Below are positions 54,799 through 63,806 of a stretch of 64,000 nt of DNA, one piece after another. The notes beneath the pieces are model-generated. The model saw nothing but the letters and a program-made list of their open reading frames with translations, had not been told where the DNA came from and ran no database searches. The DNA is from an uncultured virus (IMG/VR IMGVR_UViG_3300023174_000146) (taxonomy: Duplodnaviria; Heunggongvirae; Uroviricota; Caudoviricetes): IMG/VR virus record IMGVR_UViG_3300023174_000146, one strand, 5' to 3'. The position numbers and the translations under genes were made by a program. Every line of letters begins with the position of its first letter. Within the stretch, counting starts at the first letter, position 1.

Positions 54799-56025
54799 TC
54801 AGCGATCGTTTCGGAAACACTTGAAAGTTGGAAAGCGAAGTGAACCATCAGGTGTGACCTCCTGGTACCTCACCTCGATCACTCGACCGAGGAAGGACGC
54901 CTGATCAGACCAGATCTGCTCTCGCAGAGAGTCATTAAAACCAGAGCCCACCTGAACCTGGACGCCCTCGTATGTCACAAGGACAGACCCCAACTTCCCC
55001 TCGTGCTTTCCTGTGCCCTCGATAAAGCCATCAATGCTAAGATCAGCGTCATAGAAAGCCTTAAGCTTCATGACTTCAAACCCACGACCAAACAGGTAAG
55101 ACGCATCAATATCCTTCACCATCGCGCCCTCATACCCCTCAGATACAAACTTATCGTGAAGTGCCTTGATGCGATCGTAGCTGGCGGGAACTGTGTGTCG
55201 AGGAACGACTCGAATCCACTTGACATCATTCTTGACCCGAGAGGTAAGAGCAGAGTACCTCGCAGAGCAGCTCAGAATGGTCTCCTTGCTGTCCCATTCA
55301 TTAAGAGGTAGGAAATCAAATAGGGCAAGGTAGGTGTCTTGGATGTCAACGTCGTCCTTCCTGTAGGCCTGCTGCATAAGTGCAGTGAAATCCTTGCCCA
55401 TGATCTCACCGTCGTAGCATCCGTCGCCGAGGGTGATGAGCTCAGCACCGATAGTGCTGTCGAAGTTGGTGATCTGCTTTCCGCTACGAGCAAACAGTGT
55501 TGCCGCACCGTTTCGAACGACAGCGAAGCAGCGAATTCCATCAAGCTTGGGCTCAACTGCGACGGACTTTCGACCAAAAATCCGCTTATCCTCGAACTTC
55601 TGGGCTAGCTGAACTTCAAAGGTTGGGACAAGGCCGGGAATAGCCTTGTTGATGGTCTTCTCGGAAGCGCCAATTGCCATGTGCTTCTTGAGAATCTTTC
55701 GCATCCACGTCTCCTCTGTCTCAGAGGCAGAGCATAGTGCAGTGTGGAGGAGATCAACGGCCGCGTTTCCTGTCACCTTTCTTGCAGCGCACTGATCAGC
55801 TGCTTCAAAGAAGGCATTCCAACGATCCTCCTCTTGATGCTTGACAGATCGGAGGACCTTGGTGACAGCAGGAACCTTCACAACGTGAAACGGTGTGAAT
55901 GGATCGTGACCCATTCGAAGGGCCTTCACGAGGATGCTGTTTCCTCTGTTCTGTCTGAGAATCTCAAGCTTCTCATTCGTGCCAGAAGCGTTCTGAACTC
56001 TCTCAAGAATATCACACACCAACAT
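54799..56025 (-). CDS. lig: ATP-dependent DNA ligase
   Basis: EPKLDGIR, YDGEI, EGAMVK, KLK, VGSGF, SLRFP. Confidence 0.93.
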   Translation of the reverse strand: MLVCDILERVQNASGTNEKLEILRQNRGNSILVKALRMGHDPFTPFHVVKVPAVTKVLRSVKHQEEDRWNAFFEAADQCAARKVTGNAAVDLLHTALCSASETEETWMRKILKKHMAIGASEKTINKAIPGLVPTFEVQLAQKFEDKRIFGRKSVAVEPKLDGIRCFAVVRNGAATLFARSGKQITNFDSTIGAELITLGDGCYDGEIMGKDFTALMQQAYRKDDVDIQDTYLALFDFLPLNEWDSKETILSCSARYSALTSRVKNDVKWIRVVPRHTVPASYDRIKALHDKFVSEGYEGAMVKDIDASYLFGRGFEVMKLKAFYDADLSIDGFIEGTGKHEGKLGSVLVTYEGVQVQVGSGFNDSLREQIWSDQASFLGRVIEVRYQEVTPDGSLRFPTFKCFRNDR

Positions 56026-56033
56026 AATGCACC

Positions 56034-56312
56034 TCAGGAAATGACGCCACTGTACTCTTTGAATGCTTCAAGTGATGCTTCACGTGCAGACTTTCCTTCT
56101 AAGAGGGTCTCGTGAGTCGTGTGCCAGTACTCAGCATCTACCTCTCGAATTCCGCAGGTCCTCCACCAGTGGCCCCAATTGAAAGCAACCTTGTGCGTTG
56201 CATCCTTCTCACTGAGTGCTGCCACAAATCTAACGTGGCCACCAAAGTCCCGCTTCTCGGTTTGATCCTTGAAAAGGTATATCTCAAATAGTTTCATCTT
56301 GAAATCAACCAT
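56034..56312 (-). CDS. Hypothetical protein
   Basis: AGGAG SD, behind a promoter. Confidence 0.6.
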   Translation of the reverse strand: MVDFKMKLFEIYLFKDQTEKRDFGGHVRFVAALSEKDATHKVAFNWGHWWRTCGIREVDAEYWHTTHETLLEGKSAREASLEAFKEYSGVIS

Positions 56313-56332
56313 ATCATCTCCTACGCTATAGG

Positions 56333-56361
56333 ATAATAAACGGCTCTTTAAAATATTACAC
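56333..56361 (-). promoter_or_regulatory. Class I promoter GTGTAA-N17-TATTAT
   Basis: Recurring motif. Confidence 0.75.
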
Positions 56362-56374
56362 GAACAGCTTGCAT

Positions 56375-57400
56375 TTACAATCCAAGTTCTCTCAAAGACT
56401 CAAGGGCCTTGCGCTGATCATCACTTACTTTCTTTGGCATCGCAATATTGAGCACTGCGACGTGATCACCGTGGACCTTTGTTGTGAGATTGTAAGTGCC
56501 CTTCTTGTAGATTCTGACTGTGTCGCCATTTTGAGTTCCCGGAGGGACCTCAATCTCTTCCTGTCCGTGAACTGTCAGAACGTTTAACTTTCCGCCGAGG
56601 ATGGCAGTGGTAAGCTTTACCTCAATGTTTGAGACAATATTGGATCCCTGGCGTTGAAATCTATGGCTAGGAGCGACCTTGACATGGAGGTAGAGATCAC
56701 CTGTTCCTGTGGGTGTGCAGTGTCCTTGGCCTGCAACCCTCACTACATTTCCAGTGTCAACTCCTGCAGGTATCTTAACTGTTAGGGTGTAGTCCTTCTT
56801 GACCCACTTCCTGCCACTGCAGGCATCACAAACATACCTGTAGTATGTTCCTTTTCCATCGCATCCGCCGCAGTTTGAAGCGAACACCATGTTGCCACGT
56901 TGGACACGAATATTTCCTGAGCCGTTGCACTGGACACAGCGTTCAGGTTCCACACCCTCGGGAACTCCTTTGCCGCTGCACTTTTCACAGATGAATTTCT
57001 TCTCAAACTTAACTTCGTGATCGCATCCTTTGACAGCATTGTCAAATTGAATAACAACCTGCATCTCAGCATTCTCAGACTGAGGCGCATCATTTCGAGG
57101 ACGTGACTTTGTACCCTGTGCTGTCCACTTTCCGCCAAAGAAGCTATTGAACATTTCATTCAGATCAAAATCTGAAGATGTCTTGTAGTGGACAGAAGTG
57201 TCAAATGTCCTACGCTTGTCAGGGTCCTTTATGGACTCATAAGCTTCATTGACCTGTTTAAACTTTTCTTCAGCTTCAGCGCTGCCTTTGTTCCTGTCGG
57301 GATGGAACTTCATTGCGAGCTGTCTGTAGGCAGCTTTTATATCCTTGTCTGAAGCATCCCTTGGAACGCCCAGTACCTCATACGGATTGGACTTCGACAT
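56375..57400 (-). CDS. dnaJ: DnaJ chaperone (class A)
   Basis: J-domain FHPD; four CxxCxG repeats. Confidence 0.93.
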   Translation of the reverse strand: MSKSNPYEVLGVPRDASDKDIKAAYRQLAMKFHPDRNKGSAEAEEKFKQVNEAYESIKDPDKRRTFDTSVHYKTSSDFDLNEMFNSFFGGKWTAQGTKSRPRNDAPQSENAEMQVVIQFDNAVKGCDHEVKFEKKFICEKCSGKGVPEGVEPERCVQCNGSGNIRVQRGNMVFASNCGGCDGKGTYYRYVCDACSGRKWVKKDYTLTVKIPAGVDTGNVVRVAGQGHCTPTGTGDLYLHVKVAPSHRFQRQGSNIVSNIEVKLTTAILGGKLNVLTVHGQEEIEVPPGTQNGDTVRIYKKGTYNLTTKVHGDHVAVLNIAMPKKVSDDQRKALESLRELGL

Positions 57401-57432
57401 ATTCTATTCCAAGGGATGCTTGACAATAAGAC

Positions 57433-58110
57433 TCAGGAGTGCTGCTGGCGCTTTCCTGTCATGCCCTTTGGCTTTGCGCTTACATTTTCATTCTTGTTCT
57501 GACGATAACGCTTAAGAGCTGCAGGTCCCTTTAGATCGAGAATATCCTGCTGCTTCTTGAGCTCCTTTGCACGCTCAACATTTGTCTCGATCTTCTTGAT
57601 CTTCTTGAGAACCATTGCCTTCTCGAGCTTTCCAAGATGATCGATGTAAAGCACGCCCTCGAGGTGATCAAGCTCGTGCTGCAGAATACCTGAAAGCGGC
57701 CACGTGAGATCGATTTGAGCCTCAGCACCATCGTGCCGCTTGTACTTGACTGTGCATGATGTGCTTCTACTGACTGTGCCAAATGCTCCTGGAACAGACA
57801 AGCACCCCTCCTGCCACCGCTCGCAAGCACTGTGCTTGGTCACAATTTCAGGGTTAACAAGAACAAAATGATTCGCATCAGTCCAAGAAGACTCATCCGG
57901 GTTCACACAGTCAAAAACACCTGCCTTGACAACAATGACTCTCTTTTGTACGCCAACCTGCGGTGCTGCAAGGCCCACACCTCCCTGGACTTCAAGCGTG
58001 TCTACCATGTCAGCGATAAGTGTCTGTAGATCAGCACCAAAATCATCAACAGGGCTTGAAACTAACTTGAGCTGAGGATCTGGATAGCTGAGAACTCTTC
58101 TATTTGTCAT
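57433..58110 (-). CDS. def: Peptide deformylase
   Basis: GVGLAAPQVG, EGCLS, QHELDHLEG. Confidence 0.93.
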   Translation of the reverse strand: MTNRRVLSYPDPQLKLVSSPVDDFGADLQTLIADMVDTLEVQGGVGLAAPQVGVQKRVIVVKAGVFDCVNPDESSWTDANHFVLVNPEIVTKHSACERWQEGCLSVPGAFGTVSRSTSCTVKYKRHDGAEAQIDLTWPLSGILQHELDHLEGVLYIDHLGKLEKAMVLKKIKKIETNVERAKELKKQQDILDLKGPAALKRYRQNKNENVSAKPKGMTGKRQQHS

Positions 58111-58111
58111 G

Positions 58112-58354
58112 TCAGGCCCCTACGCAGATCTTGTCCTCTACTGCGTCGAGGATCTCATCTAGTGACTCATCAGAAGTCTGAGCTAGCTTTGCCTTGATTC
58201 TGGCAATCTTCAGCGCTGCGTTGAAGACCTTTAAATCAATCTTGTCCTTGTACTCATCAAGGACTTCCTTGCGGTTCTCCTGCAGCGTCTTGATCTCGTG
58301 CTCCATATCGAGAATCTTCTCAACGAGTTCGTGAATCGTTTCCTTGTCAGTCAT
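58112..58354 (-). CDS. Small dsDNA-binding protein (GapR/DUF2312- or T4 DsbA-like)
   Basis: Helical E.I..L.E..KEV...K...D.K.....I.R pattern. Confidence 0.5.
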   Translation of the reverse strand: MTDKETIHELVEKILDMEHEIKTLQENRKEVLDEYKDKIDLKVFNAALKIARIKAKLAQTSDESLDEILDAVEDKICVGA

Positions 58355-58580
58355 CTTTATCTTTCCTGCTCTTTCTATTGTTTTTCTTATTTGTCTGCTC
58401 TGAAGATCTTAGAGTCTGCGTGTATCTAGTAATGTAGATTCCGCACCAACAAATGATGCTAGTTAGAAAATTTAACGTTGCTGCATTTGTGTCATGTCTA
58501 AAGAATAAATTGAATGCTATCATCGCTGTGTTTAAAATAATGATGCATCCAAAAAGAAATTTCTTTAATTCAGGACTCAA
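58347..58580 (-). CDS. Small two-TM membrane protein
   Basis: Two hydrophobic segments and a basic tail. Confidence 0.55.
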   Translation of the reverse strand: MSPELKKFLFGCIIILNTAMIAFNLFFRHDTNAATLNFLTSIICWCGIYITRYTQTLRSSEQTNKKNNRKSRKDKDD

Positions 58581-58582
58581 AG

Positions 58583-59089
58583 TCAGCCCTTATTCTTCTT
58601 CTTCTTGGTCTTGTATCTCACGTCTTCCTGCTTCTGTGGGATCAGGGAAGACATGTTTACTGTTGATCTTGTCTCATCATTGACGCCTGCAAGCCAGACG
58701 GTTGCAATGAGAGGTGCAGTCTGTGGTTCATCTGAGATATTTGAAAGAACGGGTGCGTCAGGCACACTTGATGTAAGCGGTGCATCAACCACGACCTGTG
58801 GAGGTCGCTCCTCTTTCTCGATTTCAAGTGAAGCCTCTACTGGAGCATCAGCCACACTTTGTGATGCACAATCGTCTGAAACGATTGGTGTCTTACTCAC
58901 TTTGCTGTTTCTTACTTCGGTTTCAAATTGAAACTCGGTGATTGGATTGATTCCAAATTTATCACAGTAAGCTACATAACTGTTATAATCAGTGATCTTT
59001 CCGGTCTCTTCCAAAGACTGGACAGTGATGTGTCTTCGCTTGCTGTATAGGTTCCAGCTAACTCTCTTAGTCATTGTGTCTCCTGTCAA
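58583..59089 (-). CDS. Hypothetical protein
   Basis: Tiled ORF. Confidence 0.6.
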   Translation of the reverse strand: MTGDTMTKRVSWNLYSKRRHITVQSLEETGKITDYNSYVAYCDKFGINPITEFQFETEVRNSKVSKTPIVSDDCASQSVADAPVEASLEIEKEERPPQVVVDAPLTSSVPDAPVLSNISDEPQTAPLIATVWLAGVNDETRSTVNMSSLIPQKQEDVRYKTKKKKNKG

Positions 59090-59382
59090 ACAATATTGCT
59101 GACACTGAGTTCATCCATGATGTCGATAACACCAGACTGAAATTCGGGGTCTTTGGCGGTCGTCATGATAGACTCTTCACAGTTATCGATCTGATACAGA
59201 TCGTGAATCGGCGCTGCAATCTTCATCATAGCCTTTAGAAAGATGTTTCTAGCGGTTGCATGATTCATCTTATCACCGGACTCAGTCATCTTCTCAGCGA
59301 TGCTTCTGTAGTCCATGCCACCGGGAATCTCAGTGACAGTTGCGTAGCCCTTGCGAGCCTTGAATCCCTTGGGCATGCTCAC
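59086..59382 (-). CDS. HTH protein resembling sigma region 4.2
   Basis: MDYRSIAEKM.....MNHATARNIFLKAMMKI; GTGA-coupled to sigma gene, AAGGAG SD. Confidence 0.65.
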   Translation of the reverse strand: MSMPKGFKARKGYATVTEIPGGMDYRSIAEKMTESGDKMNHATARNIFLKAMMKIAAPIHDLYQIDNCEESIMTTAKDPEFQSGVIDIMDELSVSNIV

Positions 59383-60155
59383 TGTGCACTCTCCTTCGAA
59401 GTGACAAGACAGTCGTACTCTTCTTGTGTAATTGGATAATTTTCGTGATCATCATCAGGCTCGCTGATGCCGAATCGAAGTCTAACAATCCTCTCCTCAC
59501 GAGGAGTGAGAGTGCTTAGCGCTTGTCGCATGACACTGATGATCTTTTGCCTGTCGAGGACATCATCGATCTCCTCAGACTCATCAGGGAGGACGTCCTT
59601 GAGCGTCTTTGATCCGCCGTCAGAACCCATGGACACAGTCTTTTCAATGGAGACTGTGGGCATCGCACAGTCGACCATTGCAATGATCATGTCATGAGAG
59701 ACACCAAGCGCTTCAGCAATCTCAGCTTGAGTAGGACGCTCACCAAACTCCTCCTCGTACTCATTGATGACCTGCTGAATCTTAAACATCATGTTCTTCG
59801 CATACGCAGGCAGCTTAAACGATGCCGAGTGAGATGCGATGTGTCGACGAACAGACTGCTTAATCCACCAGCACGCGTAAGTGGAGAACTTGAATCCACG
59901 ACGCCAATCGAATCGATCAATCGCCTTGATAAGGCCAATGCTCGACTCCTGGATTAGATCCTCCATGTCGCAGCCCTTGTTCTGGTACTGCTTGGCAATG
60001 CTGATCGCAAGACGCAGATTTGCTCGAATCATGCGATCTCGAGCACGCTTATCACCAGATTCAATCAACTTGGATAGTTCAATCTCCTGGTCGCGCGTGA
60101 GTAGATCAGTCTTGCCGACTTGCTGGAAGAAACTCTCAAGAACGTTGCTCATCAA
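59379..60155 (-). CDS. RpoD/RpoS-like sigma70 factor, truncated before region 4.2
   Basis: Regions 1.2, 2 (ANLRL, DLIQE, FKFSTYA.WWI), 3 (PTQAEIAEAL) and 4.1 (LTPREERIVRLRFGI). Confidence 0.9.
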   Translation of the reverse strand: MMSNVLESFFQQVGKTDLLTRDQEIELSKLIESGDKRARDRMIRANLRLAISIAKQYQNKGCDMEDLIQESSIGLIKAIDRFDWRRGFKFSTYACWWIKQSVRRHIASHSASFKLPAYAKNMMFKIQQVINEYEEEFGERPTQAEIAEALGVSHDMIIAMVDCAMPTVSIEKTVSMGSDGGSKTLKDVLPDESEEIDDVLDRQKIISVMRQALSTLTPREERIVRLRFGISEPDDDHENYPITQEEYDCLVTSKESAQ

Positions 60156-60180
60156 ATTCTCCGTGGTGTAGAGCTGTGTT

Positions 60181-60450
60181 TCAGGCGTCCTTGTGGTTCA
60201 TGTAGCTCTTAGAACGTCGCGTAATCTCATCCTGGATGTAGCACAACTCAACCTCGTACTTGTGGGTCTTCTCATTCTTTGAACGAAGGCTGTTGATGTG
60301 CTTGTTGAGCGATCGCTCGCTCGTCTTGAGATCGTGATCAGAGAGGCTCTCAAGTAGTGTACGAGTGTAACACACATTCACAAATTCAAAAGTATCCTCC
60401 TCATCGGTGAGGCGGTTGGAGGTGGAAACACTTGCATTTCTATTGCTCAT
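60181..60450 (-). CDS. Hypothetical protein
   Basis: AGGAG SD; EVELCYIQ.E. Confidence 0.65.
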   Translation of the reverse strand: MSNRNASVSTSNRLTDEEDTFEFVNVCYTRTLLESLSDHDLKTSERSLNKHINSLRSKNEKTHKYEVELCYIQDEITRRSKSYMNHKDA

Positions 60451-60481
60451 TCGAATCTCCTAGTTACCGGGTTACTCAATC

Positions 60482-60510
60482 AATTTATCACATCTGATCG
60501 TGCTTTGCAC
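60482..60510 (-). promoter_or_regulatory. Class I promoter GTGCAA-N17-TAAATT (sigma operon)
   Basis: Recurring motif. Confidence 0.7.
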
Positions 60511-60512
60511 GA

Positions 60513-62156
60513 TCATCCAAACATTAATGAGCTTTTTTGCTCTTCCTGCGCAGGTGCTTCATCACCCGCATCGTATGTAATCGCGCATCCAATAGAGAGA
60601 AGATTACAGGCGACTGAAGCTGCGTGCTTCACTGCCGACTTGACAACCTTCGTGGGATCAACAATGCCACCCTCAAGCATGTCTCGATATGACTCACTTC
60701 TCGCGTCATATCCCATATTACCCTTCAGCTTCTTTACCTTCTCAACAATAATATCGGGTGCTGAGCCAGCGTTGATCACGATCTGCCTCATAGGTGCTTC
60801 ACACGCACCACGCATGATTCTGACTCCACAATTATAGCTCTCATTACCCTTTTGGATAAGTTTATCGAGACTCTTTGACGTTCGAAGAAGCGCAGTGCCC
60901 CCGCCAGGAACAATCCCTTCAGAGATTGCTGCCTGGGTTGCATGAAGCGCATCATCAACTCTGTCCTTCCGCTCCTTCAACTCGATCTCAGTTGACCCTC
61001 CGATTCTGAGAACTGCAACACCTCCAGAGACTCTTGCGAGGCGCCTCTGCACAGTCTCCCTCTCAGGACCCTGAAGTGATGGATCGTTTAGCTTGTTTCT
61101 AAGTGATAGAACTCGATCTTCAAGCGCTGTCTCTGATGATGACTTGCATCCAACAAGAGTTGTGGAAGTCTTTGAGATAATTGCTCGTCTGCAGGTCATG
61201 AGAGCACAAGAAGAAAGACCATTGGAGCCCTCAAACGAAGCAGCATTCAGCACAGGTGATCCTGTAAGGACTGAGAGATCATCAAATGTGTGAACTCGAG
61301 CGTCTCCAAACTCAGGCGCTTTAATTGCACAGACTGACAGTACACCCTTAAGCTTATTGACCGCAAGTGCTTGCAGTGCTTCTGGATCTAGATCATCTAC
61401 AATAAGGAGCGCAGGCCTGCGTTCCTCGTGAAGTCGCTCAAGAAGGGGCAAAATCTCCTTGACAGAAGAGATCGTCTTATTGATTAGAATCACATAGGGA
61501 TTGTCAAGCTCACACAAAAGACGCTCTTGATTGGTGACGAAGTAGGGTGAAAGGTAGCCTCTAGTGAGGTGGGTTCCCTCAACAACGTCGAGTGAAGAGT
61601 CAAACCCCTTTGCCTCCTCAACTGTCACTGTGCCGTCACGGCCCACTGAAGACAGTGCTTTTGCGATGAGATCACCGATCTCTCTATCACCATTTGCTGA
61701 GATAGTTCCTACGTGGACGATCTCATCGTCACTTTCAATTGGATTCGACATGTCATCAATTGCGCAAACAATCACAGATGCTGCATCTGCTATGCCTTTG
61801 CAGACTTCGGACTGCTCAAATCCTGCTGCAATCATCTTGAGACCCTCATTGTAGATCTCCTGCGCGAGGACTGTCGACGTCGTTGTTCCGTCGCCGGCGA
61901 TCTCTGCACTCCTCTGCGCTGCCTCTTTCACCATCTGCGCTCCGAGATTTTCAAATCTATCTCTGAGATCGATGGACTGCGCGACAGTAACGCCGTCCTT
62001 TGTTAAGTGCGGTGGTCCTGACTCTCTCTCAATAATCACATTTTGTCCCCTAGGACCCATTGTGACCTTGACTGCGTCAGCAAGAATATTGACACCGCGC
62101 TGAATCCTTGATCGCGCATTGTCTCCAAAGACCAAATTTCTAAATGTTGTATCCAT
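60513..62156 (-). CDS. groEL: Chaperonin GroEL-like
   Basis: VKVTMGPRG, TKDGVTVA, AGDGTTT, GIVPGGG. Confidence 0.95.
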   Translation of the reverse strand: MDTTFRNLVFGDNARSRIQRGVNILADAVKVTMGPRGQNVIIERESGPPHLTKDGVTVAQSIDLRDRFENLGAQMVKEAAQRSAEIAGDGTTTSTVLAQEIYNEGLKMIAAGFEQSEVCKGIADAASVIVCAIDDMSNPIESDDEIVHVGTISANGDREIGDLIAKALSSVGRDGTVTVEEAKGFDSSLDVVEGTHLTRGYLSPYFVTNQERLLCELDNPYVILINKTISSVKEILPLLERLHEERRPALLIVDDLDPEALQALAVNKLKGVLSVCAIKAPEFGDARVHTFDDLSVLTGSPVLNAASFEGSNGLSSCALMTCRRAIISKTSTTLVGCKSSSETALEDRVLSLRNKLNDPSLQGPERETVQRRLARVSGGVAVLRIGGSTEIELKERKDRVDDALHATQAAISEGIVPGGGTALLRTSKSLDKLIQKGNESYNCGVRIMRGACEAPMRQIVINAGSAPDIIVEKVKKLKGNMGYDARSESYRDMLEGGIVDPTKVVKSAVKHAASVACNLLSIGCAITYDAGDEAPAQEEQKSSLMFG

Positions 62157-62344
62157 CAGCCCCTTAGCACCCTACGCTGTGACTCAAACAGCATTGTTGG
62201 AATTGAGTCAAGAACTCTTCTCTGCTGAGTAATCAGATGCTCAGCGATGAGCTTATCACCCATCCAGTATGCAGTCTCATCAGCAGCAATAAAGCTCTTC
62301 TGCCTTAGATCCATAAGATCTTTGTCTGTCAGAGGTCTCTTCAT
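62156..62344 (-). CDS. Hypothetical protein
   Basis: AGGAG SD; coupled to groEL. Confidence 0.6.
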   Translation of the reverse strand: MKRPLTDKDLMDLRQKSFIAADETAYWMGDKLIAEHLITQQRRVLDSIPTMLFESQRRVLRG

Positions 62345-62396
62345 GTCAATACTCCTACGGGCATTATACCCTGCGTAATCCTATGATAAATTGTCT

Positions 62397-63194
62397 TCAA
62401 TGCTGAAAGGTTTTGACAAACTTCAGCCAAGACTTATCATTAGTAATTGAGAAGAATTTCATATCATCGAACATCGTACGAAGATCCTGCCAATCAACTT
62501 TTGGCTCATTGATTTCAAGATCCTTGAGATCCTCTGTAAGATTATGAAAACGAATCATCTGACAGTTTCTCTCAAACATCGTACGATTGTCATCACGGGC
62601 GAGGAAGGTCTCGAGATCATTAGGGCTTTCAACTAGAGATAGCGCACGCTTATCTCCGACGCCCTTAAATCCAGGAATATTGTCAGTAGCATCGCCGCGA
62701 AGCGCCTTCCAGGTGACATAGTCAAACGGAGGAGGCGTAATAAATTCCTTCTTGACAGGATTGTACAACTTTAGGCTATTGTGATTCTGTAGAAGCTGGT
62801 AGAAGTCTGTGTCAGATGAGATCACAATGCACTCATCATTGGTGTGAGTATCGGTAGCAATTGCTGCAAGCACATCGTCACACTCGTAGTTAGGATGACG
62901 AACGACATTGACAGGAAACTTGTCCTTCAAGATCTGAATGATCTCCTTTCGTTGCCGATTGAAGTCATCCTTATCGTGATAGACACGCTGGCCCTTGTAC
63001 TCACCCATCATGTCAAGACGCTTAACAGGACGTCCTTCAAGGACAAAGTAAGTGACATCCGGCTTGAACTTATCGACTACAGATCTAAAGCTACGAAAGA
63101 AGTTAAAGACGATCGGATTTTCCCCTTTAGCCCACCCAGTCCGAGAGCGATGAAGCATGTTGTACCCATCAATCAGGAGAACTCGCATTTTCAC
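62397..63194 (-). CDS. 5'-3' exonuclease / flap endonuclease (T4 RNase H-like)
   Basis: LIDGYN, YKGQR, ECDDV, SSDTDFYQL, LRGD.TDNIPG..GVG.K. Confidence 0.9.
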   Translation of the reverse strand: MKMRVLLIDGYNMLHRSRTGWAKGENPIVFNFFRSFRSVVDKFKPDVTYFVLEGRPVKRLDMMGEYKGQRVYHDKDDFNRQRKEIIQILKDKFPVNVVRHPNYECDDVLAAIATDTHTNDECIVISSDTDFYQLLQNHNSLKLYNPVKKEFITPPPFDYVTWKALRGDATDNIPGFKGVGDKRALSLVESPNDLETFLARDDNRTMFERNCQMIRFHNLTEDLKDLEINEPKVDWQDLRTMFDDMKFFSITNDKSWLKFVKTFQH

Positions 63195-63237
63195 ATCCTT
63201 GAAGTGATCTTAGATAGACAAGATAGTACTTCTTCTA

Positions 63238-63693
63238 TCATTGTACATCAGGAATGCTTACATTTGCATTTGATCCATCAGGAAATTGAATCTTTATTTT
63301 GCTTGTGCCATTCTTCTTTGAGCTTGGAAGAGGACTAGAATGAGAAGACAAAGGTGCTGTCTCTTGATGTATAGTTTCCTCTGCTTTTACAGGAGGAATA
63401 GCACCAAAGCTAGCGTCTCTCATGTTGCTTGCAGATTCAAGAACGTGATCTATTGCGCTTGTCGCCTGTTTATAAAGAAGATCACGAACTTCATCCATTG
63501 ATGTGTGGACTGTGCCATCAACACCAGATAGATCTACAATTCTCGTTTGATTTGGGTCACCCGGAAGTTGGATCTTATAGGAGACCTGCTCTCCACTCAA
63601 GCTTCTTCGAGTGACCTGCTCCACAATCTTGGCAGGAATCACCTGCCTCTGCTTATTAGAGATGATGTATACAATATCGCCCACTTCGTACAT
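63238..63693 (-). CDS. KOW-like domain protein
   Basis: MYEVGDIVYI. Confidence 0.65.
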   Translation of the reverse strand: MYEVGDIVYIISNKQRQVIPAKIVEQVTRRSLSGEQVSYKIQLPGDPNQTRIVDLSGVDGTVHTSMDEVRDLLYKQATSAIDHVLESASNMRDASFGAIPPVKAEETIHQETAPLSSHSSPLPSSKKNGTSKIKIQFPDGSNANVSIPDVQ

Positions 63694-63806
63694 GATGTCC
63701 TCGTGTACAAAGTATATGTGTGTGCTCGCAATGTTTAAATGTCAATTTGTCTGATTAAAACAAGAAGCTCAGACACTTGAAAAGCTTAATTATTGTTGAG
63801 ACGTGA

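Noticed and set aside
59370..59400. Programmed frameshift fusing the sigma to the downstream HTH
   Set aside because: No slippery heptamer seen, and the downstream gene has its own SD and start; separate translation is more likely, though not proven.
62156..62344. ORF upstream of groEL as GroES
   Set aside because: Too short and lacks the PL.DRV and mobile-loop GGI motifs.
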